Assembly (NCBI GenBank): GCA_010909165.1
Contig: MU008157.1
Span: 496,001 to 560,000 of the forward strand
Direction of reading: 5' to 3'
Length of the DNA stretch: 64,000 bases
From: Anthoceros angustus
Taxonomy: Eukaryota > Plantae > Anthocerotophyta
Part shown: piece by piece, positions 44,111 through 57,400 of the stretch
Numbering within the stretch: the stretch's first letter is position 1
Layout: each line of letters begins with the position of its first letter
Translations under genes and position numbers: made by a program
The notes under the pieces: generated by a model
The model's input: the letters and a program-made list of their open reading frames with translations, nothing else
The model's database searches: none
Told to the model about the DNA's origin: nothing

Positions 44111-47100
44111 ATGCTTCTGCCGATCAGGGCTGCCTGTCGAGTGGCATTTCACTCATTCAGGGCGGGAGCTCATCCAAACGAGTGTCTGGCAAGTGAGGGG
44201 TTGCACCAGGAAATTGTGTGCCGGCAGTTTTTTTGGGACTATATGCTTGGGTCGGGTAGCAGGCAACAGCATACGAAATGCTCTGACTTCCGGCATGGGA
44301 AGTCCCAGGAAGTTCGCTTGTTAAACAAGTCCTACATTCCAGGTTGGGTGGATGAGGAGGTGGCTGCTCAGGATGTGCAGATGGGTCGTGGAGCCCCTAC
44401 ATCCAGGCCTGCAAAATACCCAAGGGACGCAACGCCTGAAACCGTAAGCATACTATGTGAGCAGGGGCAGCTCAGTGAGGCTGTCGAGGCTCTGGGAGTG
44501 CTGGTGCAGACAGGATGTTGTGTTCCTGATGTTTTTTATACTGTCCTGAAAAAATGTGTGGTCCAGAGAGATCTGGTTCTGGGCCGGCGGGTCCATGCCC
44601 TCATCGTGAAAGGAGGTTATGAGTCGGACACATTCTTGTGCAACCACATCTTGCGGATGTATGCTTCTCATGGCAGGTTGCAGGACGCGATGGATGTGTT
44701 TGCAATGGTGGCCACACCCGATGCCTTCACGTGGTCTGCCATAATTTCTGCGCTTATTAAACACGGGCAAGATAAGTGGGCCATACAACTGTATCATCAG
44801 ATGCAGAGGACTGGTGTGAAACCAGATGGCTATGTCTTTGTAGCAGCCCTCCAGGCTTGTGCAAGGAGAGGAGACTTGAAAACTGGGCAGCAGGTGCATG
44901 GACATGTATTGTGCTGTGGGCTTGAGCATGATGTGTTTGTTTCCAATTCCTTGGTGGACATGTATGCAAAGTGTGGTAGCTTGGAAGACGCTCAAAGAGT
45001 GTTTGACGGACTTGCCCAGAAGGATGTGGTGACGTGGAATACCATGATAGCGGGATATTCCCAGCAAGGCATGGGGCAGGAAGCTCTGCGTCTTTACAGT
45101 GTTATGGTAGCGGAAAGCATTGCTGTACCCGATTCTGTGACATACGTGAGCCTCTTGCAGGCGTGTGCAAGTCTGGGTACCCTGTCTCTGGAGGAGGGGA
45201 GGCACCTTCATGCGCGAATAAGAGAGTTGGGACTTCACGGTCATGTGTTCGTGGCCAACAGCCTGATCAACATGTATGCAAAGTGTGGCAGCCTGACCGA
45301 CGCGCAAAGAGTCTTTGACCAACTAGGTCAGAAAGATGTAGTGACGTGGACAGCTCTCATAGCGGGGTATGCCAACCAGGGCAGTGGTCAGGAAGCCCTC
45401 CATCTCTACAGAGCTATGCAAAATGAAGGTATTGCAGTACCGAATTCGGTTACTTTTATGACTCTCCTGCAGGCATGTGGAAGTGTAGGCACCTTGGCTT
45501 TGGAGCAGGGGAAACAGCTTCACGCACAGATTGAAAACCAAGGACTTCAATCTGATGTGTTTGTAGCTAACAGTTTGGTAGACATGTATGCAAAGTGTGG
45601 CAGCTTGGAAGATGCTCAAAGAGTCTTCGATGGACTTGGTCAAAAAGATGTGGTAATGTGGACGGCTCTGATAGCTGGGTATTCTGAGCAGGGTATGGGC
45701 AAGGAAGCCCTTCATCTCTACTGGGCTATGCAGGAAGAAGGCATTGCTGTACCGAATGCTGTGACATTCTTGTCTCTCCTGCAGGCATGTGCCTGTGTGG
45801 GTACCCTGGCTTTGGACATGGGGAAACAACTTCATGCACAGATCATAGAGCGAGGGCTTCAGGTTGATGTTGTTGTAGGTTGTAGCCTGGTGAACATGTA
45901 CGCAAAGTGTGGCAGCCTAGAGGATGCTCAACTCGTCTTTGATGGACTTGGTCAAAAAAATGTGGTCACATGGACGACTCTGATAGCAGGATATGCAAAC
46001 AGTGGCGCCTTGGAAAATGCTCAAAGAATTTTTGAGAGGCTTTCAGAGAAAGATGTCGTGATGTGGAATGCCATGATTGCAGGATATTCTCAGCAGGGTA
46101 TGGGGCAGGAAGCCCTTCGTCTTTACAGCTCTATGCAAGAAGAAGGCATGGTTGCACCCAATTCTGCAACATTTGTGTGTCTCCTGCAGGCCTGTGCAAG
46201 TGTGGGCACCTTTGCTTTGGAGAAGGGGAAGCAGTTGCATGCAGAAATAAGAGAGCAAGGACATCAAGCTGATGTGCTTGTAGCCAACAGTTTGGTAAAC
46301 ATGTATGCAAAATGTGGCAGCTTGGAAGATGCTCAGAGGGTGTTTGATGGACTTGGTCAGAAAGGTATGGTGACATGGACTGCCATGATAGCAGGATATT
46401 CCCACCACGGCATGGGGCAGGAAGCGCTTCGTCTCTACAGTGCCATGCAAGAAGAAGGTATTACTGCACCCGATTCTGTGATGTTTGTGTGCCTCCTGCA
46501 GGCATGTGCACGAGTGGGCACAATGGCTTTGGATGAGGGGAAGGAGCTCCATGCACAAATTCAAAAGCAAGGGCTTCTATCTGATGTTCTGGTTGCAAAC
46601 AGTTTGTTGAACATGTATTCAAAGTGTGGCAGCCTAGATGATGCTCAGGGTGTATTTGATGGACTTAGTCACAAAAATATGGTGACGTGGAGTGTCATGA
46701 TAGCAGGATATTCCCAGCAGGGAATGGGCCAGGAAGCCCTTCGTCTTTACAGGGCTATGCAAGAAGGAGGCATTGTTTTACTGGATTCTGTGACATTGGC
46801 GTGCCTACTGCAGGCATGTGCAAATCTTGCAGCTTTGCATCTGGGAAGGCAGCTACATGCACTTATTGTGAAGCAAGGGCTTCAAGCTGATGCCCTTGTA
46901 GCTGGCAGTTTGATAAACATGTATGGAAAGTGTGGGAGCATGGCTGATGCCCAGCAAGTTTTTGAGGCATTACCTGCGAGAGATGTTGTTGCCTGGAATG
47001 CGCTGATTGCAGGCTACACTCGTCAAGGGGATACAGAAGTGGTCTTTGACTTGTTTCGCAGAATGAAGGAGGATTGCATACAGCCAGCCGGGATCACATT

Positions 47101-47692
47101 CCTTAGTGTAATGACAGTATGCAGTCATGCAGGTTTAGTGGACAAGGGTCAAGAGTACTTCGAGGCTATGAGCAGAGACCATGGCATCACTCCCACAGTG
47201 GAGCACTACACATGCATGGTAGATCTCTTGGGGCGTGCAGGCCAACTGGACGATGCACTGGCCCTGGTAAGGAAAATGCCTGTACTGCCTACTGCTGCGG
47301 TTTGGCACACTCTATTGGCTGCTTGTCAAAAGTGGAGCAACTTGGAGGTAGGACGCCATGCTTTTGATGGAGCAGTGAAATTAGACAAGAGCGATGCTGC
47401 GGCGTATGTGTTGATGTCCAACATATACACTGGTGCCGACATGTGGGAGCAGGCACAGGAGATGCACGCTAGGAGAATAGAGCTTGGGGTATGGAAGCAG
47501 CCAGGACAGAGCTGGTGGACGGACATGGCCGGGCTCGTGCATAAATTTTCTGTTGGAGATAGGAAACATCCCGAGAGTGAAGGTATATATGCAAGGCTCA
47601 AACATTTGCTCTCTAAAATAAACAAAGAACGGTATGTGTCACATCACTTCAGATACACCGGAGGCCTTCCACAAGCAGGGCTGGTTAGCTAA
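44111..47692 (+). CDS. PLS-class PPR protein, E1-E2-E+ (PGQSWW box, no intact DYW); paralog of 33307-36282
   Basis: Highly similar P-L-S triplets, one SS motif, E motifs and QPGQSWW. Intronless. Confidence 0.93.
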   Translation: MLLPIRAACRVAFHSFRAGAHPNECLASEGLHQEIVCRQFFWDYMLGSGSRQQHTKCSDFRHGKSQEVRLLNKSYIPGWVDEEVAAQDVQMGRGAPTSRPAKYPRDATPETVSILCEQGQLSEAVEALGVLVQTGCCVPDVFYTVLKKCVVQRDLVLGRRVHALIVKGGYESDTFLCNHILRMYASHGRLQDAMDVFAMVATPDAFTWSAIISALIKHGQDKWAIQLYHQMQRTGVKPDGYVFVAALQACARRGDLKTGQQVHGHVLCCGLEHDVFVSNSLVDMYAKCGSLEDAQRVFDGLAQKDVVTWNTMIAGYSQQGMGQEALRLYSVMVAESIAVPDSVTYVSLLQACASLGTLSLEEGRHLHARIRELGLHGHVFVANSLINMYAKCGSLTDAQRVFDQLGQKDVVTWTALIAGYANQGSGQEALHLYRAMQNEGIAVPNSVTFMTLLQACGSVGTLALEQGKQLHAQIENQGLQSDVFVANSLVDMYAKCGSLEDAQRVFDGLGQKDVVMWTALIAGYSEQGMGKEALHLYWAMQEEGIAVPNAVTFLSLLQACACVGTLALDMGKQLHAQIIERGLQVDVVVGCSLVNMYAKCGSLEDAQLVFDGLGQKNVVTWTTLIAGYANSGALENAQRIFERLSEKDVVMWNAMIAGYSQQGMGQEALRLYSSMQEEGMVAPNSATFVCLLQACASVGTFALEKGKQLHAEIREQGHQADVLVANSLVNMYAKCGSLEDAQRVFDGLGQKGMVTWTAMIAGYSHHGMGQEALRLYSAMQEEGITAPDSVMFVCLLQACARVGTMALDEGKELHAQIQKQGLLSDVLVANSLLNMYSKCGSLDDAQGVFDGLSHKNMVTWSVMIAGYSQQGMGQEALRLYRAMQEGGIVLLDSVTLACLLQACANLAALHLGRQLHALIVKQGLQADALVAGSLINMYGKCGSMADAQQVFEALPARDVVAWNALIAGYTRQGDTEVVFDLFRRMKEDCIQPAGITFLSVMTVCSHAGLVDKGQEYFEAMSRDHGITPTVEHYTCMVDLLGRAGQLDDALALVRKMPVLPTAAVWHTLLAACQKWSNLEVGRHAFDGAVKLDKSDAAAYVLMSNIYTGADMWEQAQEMHARRIELGVWKQPGQSWWTDMAGLVHKFSVGDRKHPESEGIYARLKHLLSKINKERYVSHHFRYTGGLPQAGLVS

Positions 47693-47997
47693 CGGGCGGT
47701 GAAAATTGTCCATTTGCTTTCAAGAAACCTAGGCTGATCTCACACAAGAAATGTCCCTTGACAATGTCAAGCTGCTAACACCCTTAATCTACATTTATCA
47801 GCTGTAAATATATCTAACACAGTTTATAGAAGCCTAAAGTAGGTACAAGTCTTACAATCAGACTTTCGGCCTGAAAAAATGAAAATCTATCTATTCCTTG
47901 AAATATATACAACCAAACTTGTTACAAAGTATGCATTATTGGATGGGCGAATTGAAGCATATCATGTTCTCTTCCTAGATAACCTTGTGATCTTTTG

Positions 47998-48125
47998 CAC
48001 TTCAAGATATCCAACATATCCAACTTCTCCACTTCAAGGTATCCAACTTTTCCACGTCAAGGTATCCAACTTCTCCACGGCAAGATATCCAACTTCTCCA
48101 AGTCAAGATATCCAACTTCTCCACG
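47998..48125. repeat. Tandem repeat of about 22 bp (CAAGRTATCCAACTTCTCCAC) x ~6
   Basis: Directly visible. Confidence 0.85.
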
Positions 48126-48494
48126 TAGGGAATGGGAAGAAGATATGCCCAAGTTCTCCTCGTCGTGGATCCGGCAGAGACGGAGGGGCAGCTGAAAAGG
48201 AAAGAGAAATTGGTTGAGCCTACACGGGAAGTTGGACTGTTAAATTGACGTGGGTGCTCATGTAGCCATTCCCGCGTTCAAATCTCTCAGGTTGTCCTTA
48301 TATTTTCCTAATATCACCGTCTGGCGCACGAGGAAGTCGATCAACTTGCCACATGAGATTGGGCCAAAGCGCGTACTAATACACAATGGGGCCCCATCGG
48401 TTTGAGGAGAAAGCGTGATTCCTCCTTCAACATAATCCAACTCCTGGGCTCCGGCTGGGTGATGCTAGTATCGTGTAGGATTTAATTCACCGAT

Positions 48495-51400
48495 TGTGGG
48501 AGGAAAACCCCGGGGCTTCCGAGATTCACCCTCTAGTGGCCACACTTATCCCACTGTCGCTAAGTACAATAGGTTTTGTCCCATGAGACTCTTGTTTGTC
48601 GTCACCGATCCAAGGCACAAACCACACACCTCTTCACACCCCAAGCTCCCTCACACAACCGGAGCAACCTCAACTCACTCCACGCATAAAGAACCACGCC
48701 TCACCGTGTTGCTCGTCAATCACCGCTCGGACTCCTACACCCCACTATAGGTCCACACACACGTAGGTCAAGACACAGGGACCCCCACGCTGCAACGCGA
48801 CTTCACCACCCGTGATCTTCCACTATTCCTTTCCCATTGCCTTCCCACAATTGGCACATCCTCAACCACCAACTCGGCGGCGCGCGCTCCCCGCTCTCGA
48901 ATCGCCGCCTCGGACCTACAACCAACAACAAACAATTGTAGGGCCTACCCCTCCTACCACTTGTAGGAGAGTTGTAGAGATCCAAAGGTAATCTGGGCCA
49001 AAGACACCCTCATTCCTACGTGGGAGGAGACACTATCCCAACGCACCTGGGCGATCCTACCACCGTAGGGTCGCACGGCAAAGCATAGGTTACCTCGCCC
49101 TAGTTCAAGGCCTCCAACTTGTGCCGGCGCCCAACTACAACTTGGTGCGCCCACAAAACTCCACACCGGCAGCAGCCACGATACCTCCGCACGCCCGCCG
49201 ATCTCCGCCTCCGGACCTACAACGACATCCCATACGGGAGGTCCCACCCTACGGTGTAGGTCCATCGCCTCGCACATAGGGACCCCTCCCTTAGGCTCGA
49301 CTTCTCCACCCGTGATTTTGAGACCTTAGCCCAGCTTCCGGTCTCGGTTTGGTGCATTTGGGACCCCTCCTACCACTTGTAGGAGAGTTGTAGGAGATCC
49401 GATTGCCTTTGGTGGGCGGCCACCCTCATTCCTACGTGGGAGGAGACACCCTATCCCAACGCACGGGGCGCATCCTACCACCGGTAGGTCGCTGGCGGGC
49501 AACATAGGTTACCTCGCCCTAGTTCAAGGCCTCTCCAACTTCCGGGCCCGCGCTCCAACTACAACTTGGTGCGCCCACAAAACTCCTGCGGCAGCCCCGA
49601 CACCTCCGCCTTTCCGTCGGATCTCGCTCCTGGACCTACGACATCCTATCAGGTCCCACCCCTGGCCAGTAGGTCCATCGCCTCGCACATAGGGACCCCC
49701 TAGCCGTGACTTCTCCACCCGTGATTTTGAGACCTTAGCCCAGCTTCCGGTCTCGGTTTGGTGCATTTGGGACCCCTCCCTTAGGCTCGACTTGGGCCTT
49801 CTTCTTACTTCTAATCTCTACCTACTCCTCTACTCAACATTCAGCTCCACATTCCCTCAACACTCACCTCAACTCAACTCCTCATCCTCCTAATCTAACC
49901 TTACTTCAAGCTCACGGCCCTAGCTCGCCTTACTGACAACCGCCTGGGTCCGCCTAAGCCAACAAGTTCTTCCTCATGTTGCTATGAGTTTGCACTGACA
50001 ATGAGAACCTCCAGGAGTCTTTCCCGAGTCTACCCTCAAGCCGAGAGTTCCTTGGGCATCGCCACACACCCAAAGCAAAGCAATTTCAAAGAACCATTCA
50101 CAAGGGAGCAACTGCAGAGGCGCCTGCAAGAGCGAGCCTCCGCCAAGCACTCACCACCGCAAACTCCTCTCTACCAGACACTGCGTTAGCTTGCAGCCGG
50201 CATGAAATTCCTTCACAAGGAGCAAAGGACTCGCGAGTTTGGGAGCGCAAGACGCGATAATTTTACTTCACAAGCTCCCTCCTTTTATAGGGAGGACCTC
50301 ACATACAACCTCCCCCTGGCGCGCCTTCCTGACGCTGCCTCACTCCTTATTTTAGTGTATCCTACTGTCAGACTTTAAGTTCTGACATTGAAGCATCTTT
50401 GGTAAAATTCTATTCTAGCAACCTCACCTACGTGAGCCTTAATGGCTCCTGTCAACATTCCTATCTAGCTAGTCAACACACCCCTACTGGGTTGACAAGC
50501 ATTTATGCCTGTCCTCCTCTAAAGAAAGTCTCCCCCCAAGCAATGAGCCCACACTCCAAGCTACCACCAACCCCTTCAATTACCTCCCTCGCGCCCATCG
50601 CCGCACGTGATCCCATGGATGTAGGGCCACCACCTCCTACGGACGTGGGGTCAACTTCTTATGGCCGCCCGCCTCCACGCCTCCACCGCAAGAAGGTCTC
50701 CCGTGAGCGGATCTTGCTCCATGCCTTCCTCTTCCTCCTCCGAGTCATCCTCTCGGCCTTCCTCTTCCTCCTCCGAGTCATCCTCTCGGCATCTCTATCA
50801 TTCCTCCGAGTCATCCTCACCAATGTCACCAAGTGCCTAGCCTTCACTGCGGAAGCATCAAGTTCCTCTTCTCCGGCTCCCTAGCAACCAACTTGCCTTC
50901 TTAGGTGCAAGCGCTTTCACCATCTTGCACCTTCAAAATAATCGCACAAACAAGACAAGCTTGGGCACAATGCTCGCTTTCCACCTAGTTGTCACCTCGT
51001 ATGCACAATTGCAAGCTTTCTTCACTCGCCACACAAAATCCACAAAGAGAGCAACTTCAGCCCTTTTCCACTTACTTCCTCTTCACTCCACGGTCCCACC
51101 TAGCTCAAACTTGATGGCCTCACAAAGATACTCCTTATGCGCCCAAATCCCTCACTTGCAAGGTCCTAGGCACAAAAACAGCCCGCCTCTTCCTTGGGCA
51201 GTTGCTATGAGTTTGCGACAATGAGAACCTCCAGGAGTCTTTCCAGTCTACCCTCAAGCCGAGAGTTCCTTGGGCATCGCCACACACCCAAGCAAAGCAA
51301 TTTCACAAAGAACCATTCACAAGGAGCAACTGCAGGCGCGCAGGAGCGAGCCCTCCGCCAAGCACCACCACCGCAAACTCCTCTCTACCAACACGTTAGC

Positions 51401-54400
51401 TTGCGGCACGAAATTCCTTCACAAGGAGCAAAGGACTCATGAGTTTGGGAGCGCAAGACGCGATAATTTTACTTCACAAGCTCCTTTTATAGGGAGGTCC
51501 TCACATACCTCCGGCGCCTCCCGCCGCCTCACTCCTTATTTTAGTGTATCCTCACGACTTTAAGTTCGACATCCAAGCATCTTGGTAAAATTCTATTCTA
51601 GCAACTTCACCTATGTGAGCCTTAATGGCTCGCCAACATTCCTATCTAGCTAGTCAACACACACGGGTTGACAAGCATTATGCCTCCTCCTCTAAAGAAA
51701 GTCTCCCCAAGCAATGAGCCCACACCCAAGCTACCACCAACCCTTCAATTACCTCTGAGCCGCACCGCCGGTGATCCTACGGATGTAGGGCCACCCTCTA
51801 CACCTCCTACGGACTGAGAGGGTCAACTTCTTATGGCCGCCCGCCTCCACGCCTCCACTGCAAGAAGGTCTCCCGTGAGCGGATCTTGCTCCATGCCTTC
51901 CTCTTCCTCCTCCGAGTCATCCTCCACCTCCGGATCATATCCTGCATCCCTATGTTCCTGTCCTCCTCTAAAGAAAGTCTCCCCAAGCAATGAGCCCACA
52001 CCCATATGTCCTCCCTCTCGAATGTCACGCCTGCCGGGAAGCAATTAAATTCGCATTCCTCTTCTCCGGCTCCTAGCAACCAACTTGCCCTTCTTAGGTG
52101 CAAGCGCTTTCACCATCTTGTACCTTCAAAATAATCGCACAAACAAGACAAGCTTGGGCACATGCTCGCTTTCCACCTAGTTGTCACCTCCTACACACAA
52201 TTGCAAGCTTTCTTCACTCGCCACACAAAATCCACCAAGAGAGCAACTTCAGCCCTTTTCCACTTACTTCCTCTTCACTCCTCCCACCTAGCTCAAACTT
52301 GATGTCCTCAGATACACTCCTTATGCGCCCAAATCCCTCACTTGCAAGGTCCTAGGCACAAAATTCAGCTGCCTCTCTTCAGCTTGTGCTTCAAATCCTT
52401 CACACACACACAACCCCTTATGCACGCACATCTCCTTCTCCTTGCACACACACGGGCACCTGCTCACCAAGCTCCTTGCATGCACAAGCTCTTCCTCGAT
52501 TCCTCGCAGCTTCCTAGGTGCCACCCCACACACCCCGCTTGCATGGCCAGTGTGAAACTCCTACACCGCTGATTCCTTGCCATGTGGCACCATTTCCACT
52601 GGCCCTCTATTTAGCCTACCTTGATATAGGCCGTTGATTCCTTGCCATGTGGCACCATTTCCACCGTCCTCTATTTAGCACCCTACACTACCTACCTACC
52701 TTACATATTTATGGTCTATTATTCCTAATATACCTATTTATCCATAACCTTGATATACCTTTTAACAACTCCTAGGTGAAACGCCCACTCCGCCCCCACG
52801 AAACCTCCACCCCACATCCTACCCATGTAGGGTCACCCTACATACATGTAGGGTCACCCTACATCCCACCCCACATCCTACCCATGTAGGGCCACCTGGT
52901 CACCCTACATACCACCATCTTGTACCTTCAAAATAATCGCACAAACAAGACAAGCTTGGGCACGCCCATGCTCGTTTCCACCTAGTTGTCACCTCGCCTA
53001 CACACAATTGCAAGCTTTCTTCACTCACACAAAATCCACCAAGAGAGCAACTTCAGCCCTTTTCCACTTACTTCCTCTTCACTCCACGGTCCCACCTAGC
53101 TCAAACTTGATGTCCTCACTATTATGCGCCCAAATCCCTCACTTGCAAGGTCCTAGGCACAAAAACAGCCCGCCTCTTCCTTGTGCTTCAAATCCTTCAC
53201 ACACACACAACTCCTTATGCACGCACATCTCCTTCTCCTTGCACACACACGGGCACCTGCTCACCAAGCTCCTTGCATGCACAAGCTCTTCCTCGATTCC
53301 TCGCAGCTTCCTAGGTGCCACTCCCTACACACCGCTTGCATGGCCAGTGTGAAACTCCTACACCGCTGATTCCTTGCCATGTGGCACCATTTCCACTGGC
53401 CCTCTATTTAGCACCCTACCTTGATATAGGCCGCTGATTCCTTGCCATGTGGCACCATTTCCACCGCCCCTCTTAGCGACCGTTAAAAGCACCTACACTA
53501 CCTACCTTACATATTTATGGTCTATTATTCCTAATATACCTATTTATCCTACCTTGATATACCTTTTAACAACTTCCTAGGTTGAAACGCCCACTCCGCC
53601 CCCACGAAACCTCCACCCTACCCATGTAGGGCCACCTGGTCACCCTACATACATGTAGGGTCACCCTACACTACCTACCCCACATCCTACCCATGTAGGG
53701 CCACCTGGTCACCCTACACTACCTACCATCTTTGTCCCGCCCATACATACATGTAGGGACCCCGAGTCTCCCACCCCACATCCTACCCATGTCCACCTTG
53801 GTCACCCCACATACTACCTGCATCTTTGTCCCGCCACATACATACATGTAGGGACCTCGCCCCTACCTATGTAGGGTGCCTCCACCCCACATTACTTAAC
53901 CTCCGTCCGGACTCCGCCTGCATCTTTGTCCCAGAGGGGACACGCACGCACCGGCCCCTAAGAGGGAGCCCCCTACCCATGTAGGGTCACCCTTCTCCCA
54001 CTCGTAGGGCTCTCATGTGACTTCAAAATATAATAAGTTGAAACACCTCACACAAAAGCATCTATCTGATCGATCCCCTAGGGGCTTGGCTCTGGAGTTC
54101 TTACACTTCATTATCCAACACACCAAATTGGCTGCACAACACTTAACCTGAATAAACTGGATTTATTCCCCGGTGAACTCCTCACGCCTCAACTCCATCT
54201 CCTATCAACCCTCCTTGCAGCCCACTCCTCGGCCACCACAACGGCCTCCCTTCACTTTGACTTGCAGCCCACCGCAAATTCCGCCGCCATGATGCACACC
54301 GTTGTGATCCCTTCACCATGTTGTAGCCCACCGCAACACGCCTTCCTATGGTTTGGCCACACCTCCATCTTGCAGCCCAAATACAAATTCAGCCGTGAGT

Positions 54401-57400
54401 GCTCTACCATGGCCTTTCCTAGTTCAACACACGGCCCTATCATGCCATCCTCACATCGTGACTCCATTGAGAGCACTTCCATGTGCCTCGCACCGCCATG
54501 GCCTCCTCTTGCAACCCTTGTGGCTGCTCACCAACATGAGCTCCTCGCCCCATCCTTGCACCGATTGCCGCCTCCTCGCATGCCGAGCTCCCAACCTAGA
54601 GCCCCGCAGCAGATCCCGTGTTCCACCATTACGGGCACTTGGCCCATCTTCCTGCAGCAACCCTTGCCACACATCTCTACCTAGCAGTCCTCCCATCGCA
54701 AAATCTCAACGTGAGCACCGCCCATGTCTCACTTCTTCCACACATGTGGCAAATTACTTTGCCTTCCCTCAAACTTGGTGGTGGTCCCCAATAATCGTGC
54801 CTTTGCCTGCAAGCCTATCAACATTGGCCAGCAACCTCAAGCTAATTCCTTGGCTTAATTGCCTTCACCCTCTACTCCTCATTCTCCAACAAATTGCCTC
54901 AAGATCTTTTGACCATTCTCTTCCACTTCACTTCAATTCTCTCCAGTTCGTTCCAGCTCTTCTCCAGTTTTGCTCTAGTTTAATCCCTTTTGATCCAAAA
55001 AGTAGGAGTGCCCAAACTTTCATGTTCCACATACTCCCCTCCTCACCTATTTGCGTCCTCGCAAACAACAGATACCTCGGGCTGAAGGTACTTCTTAACC
55101 TTCCACCCGTTCACTCTTGTTGGCAATAACTCCCCATCCTTTGCACGTAATTGCACAGATCTATTCTCATATTCTGCCACCACCTGATACGGTCCCATCC
55201 ATCTCAACCTAAGCTTTCTTCGGAAATCCATGTAACGACTATCATATAGAAGAACCAAATCCTCGGCCATGATAGCCTCTTGCTTCCTTAATTTCCCATC
55301 ATGCCTCTCCTTTTTAAGCTCTTGAATTCGCTGGGTTTCTTCTAAAGCCTCTTCCCTACGTTCCTCATGCTCTATGAAAGACTCTAGTCTAACTTCCTGA
55401 CTCTCCTCTGCAGTTATACGCTCATCCCCCATGATTCTATAGGTAGGTACCTCAAATTCAATGGGCATCATTCGTTAAATAATATGGAGTCTTCTTGGTA
55501 GTCACTTTCTCCGCTGTCCTGTAAGCCCACAATGCCTGCATCTAAGATCTTCTTCACCGTGATTTACACTGAATAATGGCCTCCAACCTCTTCTGCATGC
55601 AAAGGTTCTTTAAGAAGAGAAGCTTCCTTCCCTTCCAAACAACGTCGGATCTTCTCATCCAAACCAAGCTTGTATAAGACCCCATCTCTTAGACAATAAG
55701 GCACAGCTCTAGGGAGAAAGGCAGCACGCCCTTCCCTAGACAAACTATCCAGCATGATTCCGTGCTCCAAGAAATTTCATACCTCACCATTCAATAACAT
55801 GGACATGGGAGTCCTTCACGTTCTAACCTCCTCTTCCCATGCACTTTTCGCCACTTCCTGCTACCTCGCCCACCGACGGACACAGGGACTGTGGCCGCAG
55901 CCCCATGTACATTATGACCCGTGGACGCGCCTGCTCCTTGCATCGACGGCGCTGCAGGTATCCACGCCTGCAGTGCGTCAACTTGCTCTTCTTGCAGCAG
56001 TGGTCCTGCCATGATAACCTTAGGCTCCTGGCCCGAGCTAGCTCGCGCTCCTACGACAATACTCTCGACATGCCGTACCTCCACAAAAGTGGCTTCCTTG
56101 GCCGCCCATGAATTCGCCAATTCCTTTTCCTGCAAGCTCCCCTTGGATCGCAGTTTCTTCACCGCTTCTTTCCATGCACACCATCCTCGAGCCGTCCCTA
56201 CTCCGAGGCTCCATCATACGCGCTTCCCACACACGCCATGTGTGGGAGTCCCTCCGCGATTTCTCCGTTTTCTCTTCTCCCTTTGCCAACTTGCCGGCCT
56301 CCACTTGCAGCCCTCTTGACTCACCCTTTCTCCTCGCTCGAATCCCCAATTCATTAGGTTGCGCATCTCTCGCACAAAACTCCCTTCACGGATCCTTGGC
56401 TTTCTAACGGCATCAAGACTTGCTCTTCAGCCTCTAGGCCAGCCACGCCTTGCTTGTTTCCATCTAGCTTGTTCACCAGTGGATGTTGGTGCTGTGGCCA
56501 CAACCCCGCCTTCAACTCGGCTCACAAAACTAGCTTCTCCCTGCACGTCGATGCTGCAGGCATCCGTGCCTGCAGGTCGTGGACCTGTGCATCATCGCTG
56601 GTACACCATCTCCCGACCTTCTAGACTCATGTCTAGCCCTAGATCGCGCTCTAGCAGCAATCTCCTTACGTTGCTGCAATTTCCTGGCAGCAATTTCCGC
56701 AATCGACCGTGAATTGGTCGACGCTCCTTCTTGCAATTCCACTGCAAGCATATCTTGAGGTGTGATTTCTCCACAATCCTCCTTCATACACATCACCATA
56801 GAGCCATCCTCGCTCCTGGGCTCTAGCGCACACTTCTTCTCAACACACCATTCTTGTGTGCCACCTCTCCTTCCTCCAAATTGCGATTTCTTCGCTTTCA
56901 TCGCTTTTTCCACCATCGTGGCCTCCACTTGCAGCCCTCCTGACTGCTCACCCTTAAAGAGCACTCCTCATTCCGTTGTAGACATTTTGCCACTTCTTTG
57001 CTTCATCTCGAACTCTTAGATTGACCTCCTGCAGCCAATCCCGCACAAAACCCCTTCCCTACCTCATGCTCTATGAAAGACTCTAGTCTAACTTCCGACT
57101 CTCCGCATTATCGCTCATCCCCATGATTCTATAGGTATTACCTCAAATTCAATGGGCATCATTCGTTAAATAATATGGAGTCTTCTTGGTAGTCACTTTC
57201 TCCGCTTCCCGTAAGCCCACAATGCTCGCATCTAAGATCTTCTTCACCGTGATTTACACCGAATAATGGCCTCCAACCTCTTCTCGCATGCAAAGGTTCT
57301 TTAAGAAGAGAAGCTTCCTTCCTTCCAAACAACGTGGATCTTCTCATCCAAACCAAGCTTGTATAAGACCCCATCTCTTAGACAATAAGGCACAGCTCTA

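Noticed and set aside
34357-46570. Long antisense ORFs opposite the PPR, ClpC and panC genes
   Set aside because: Shadow ORFs of the coding strands.
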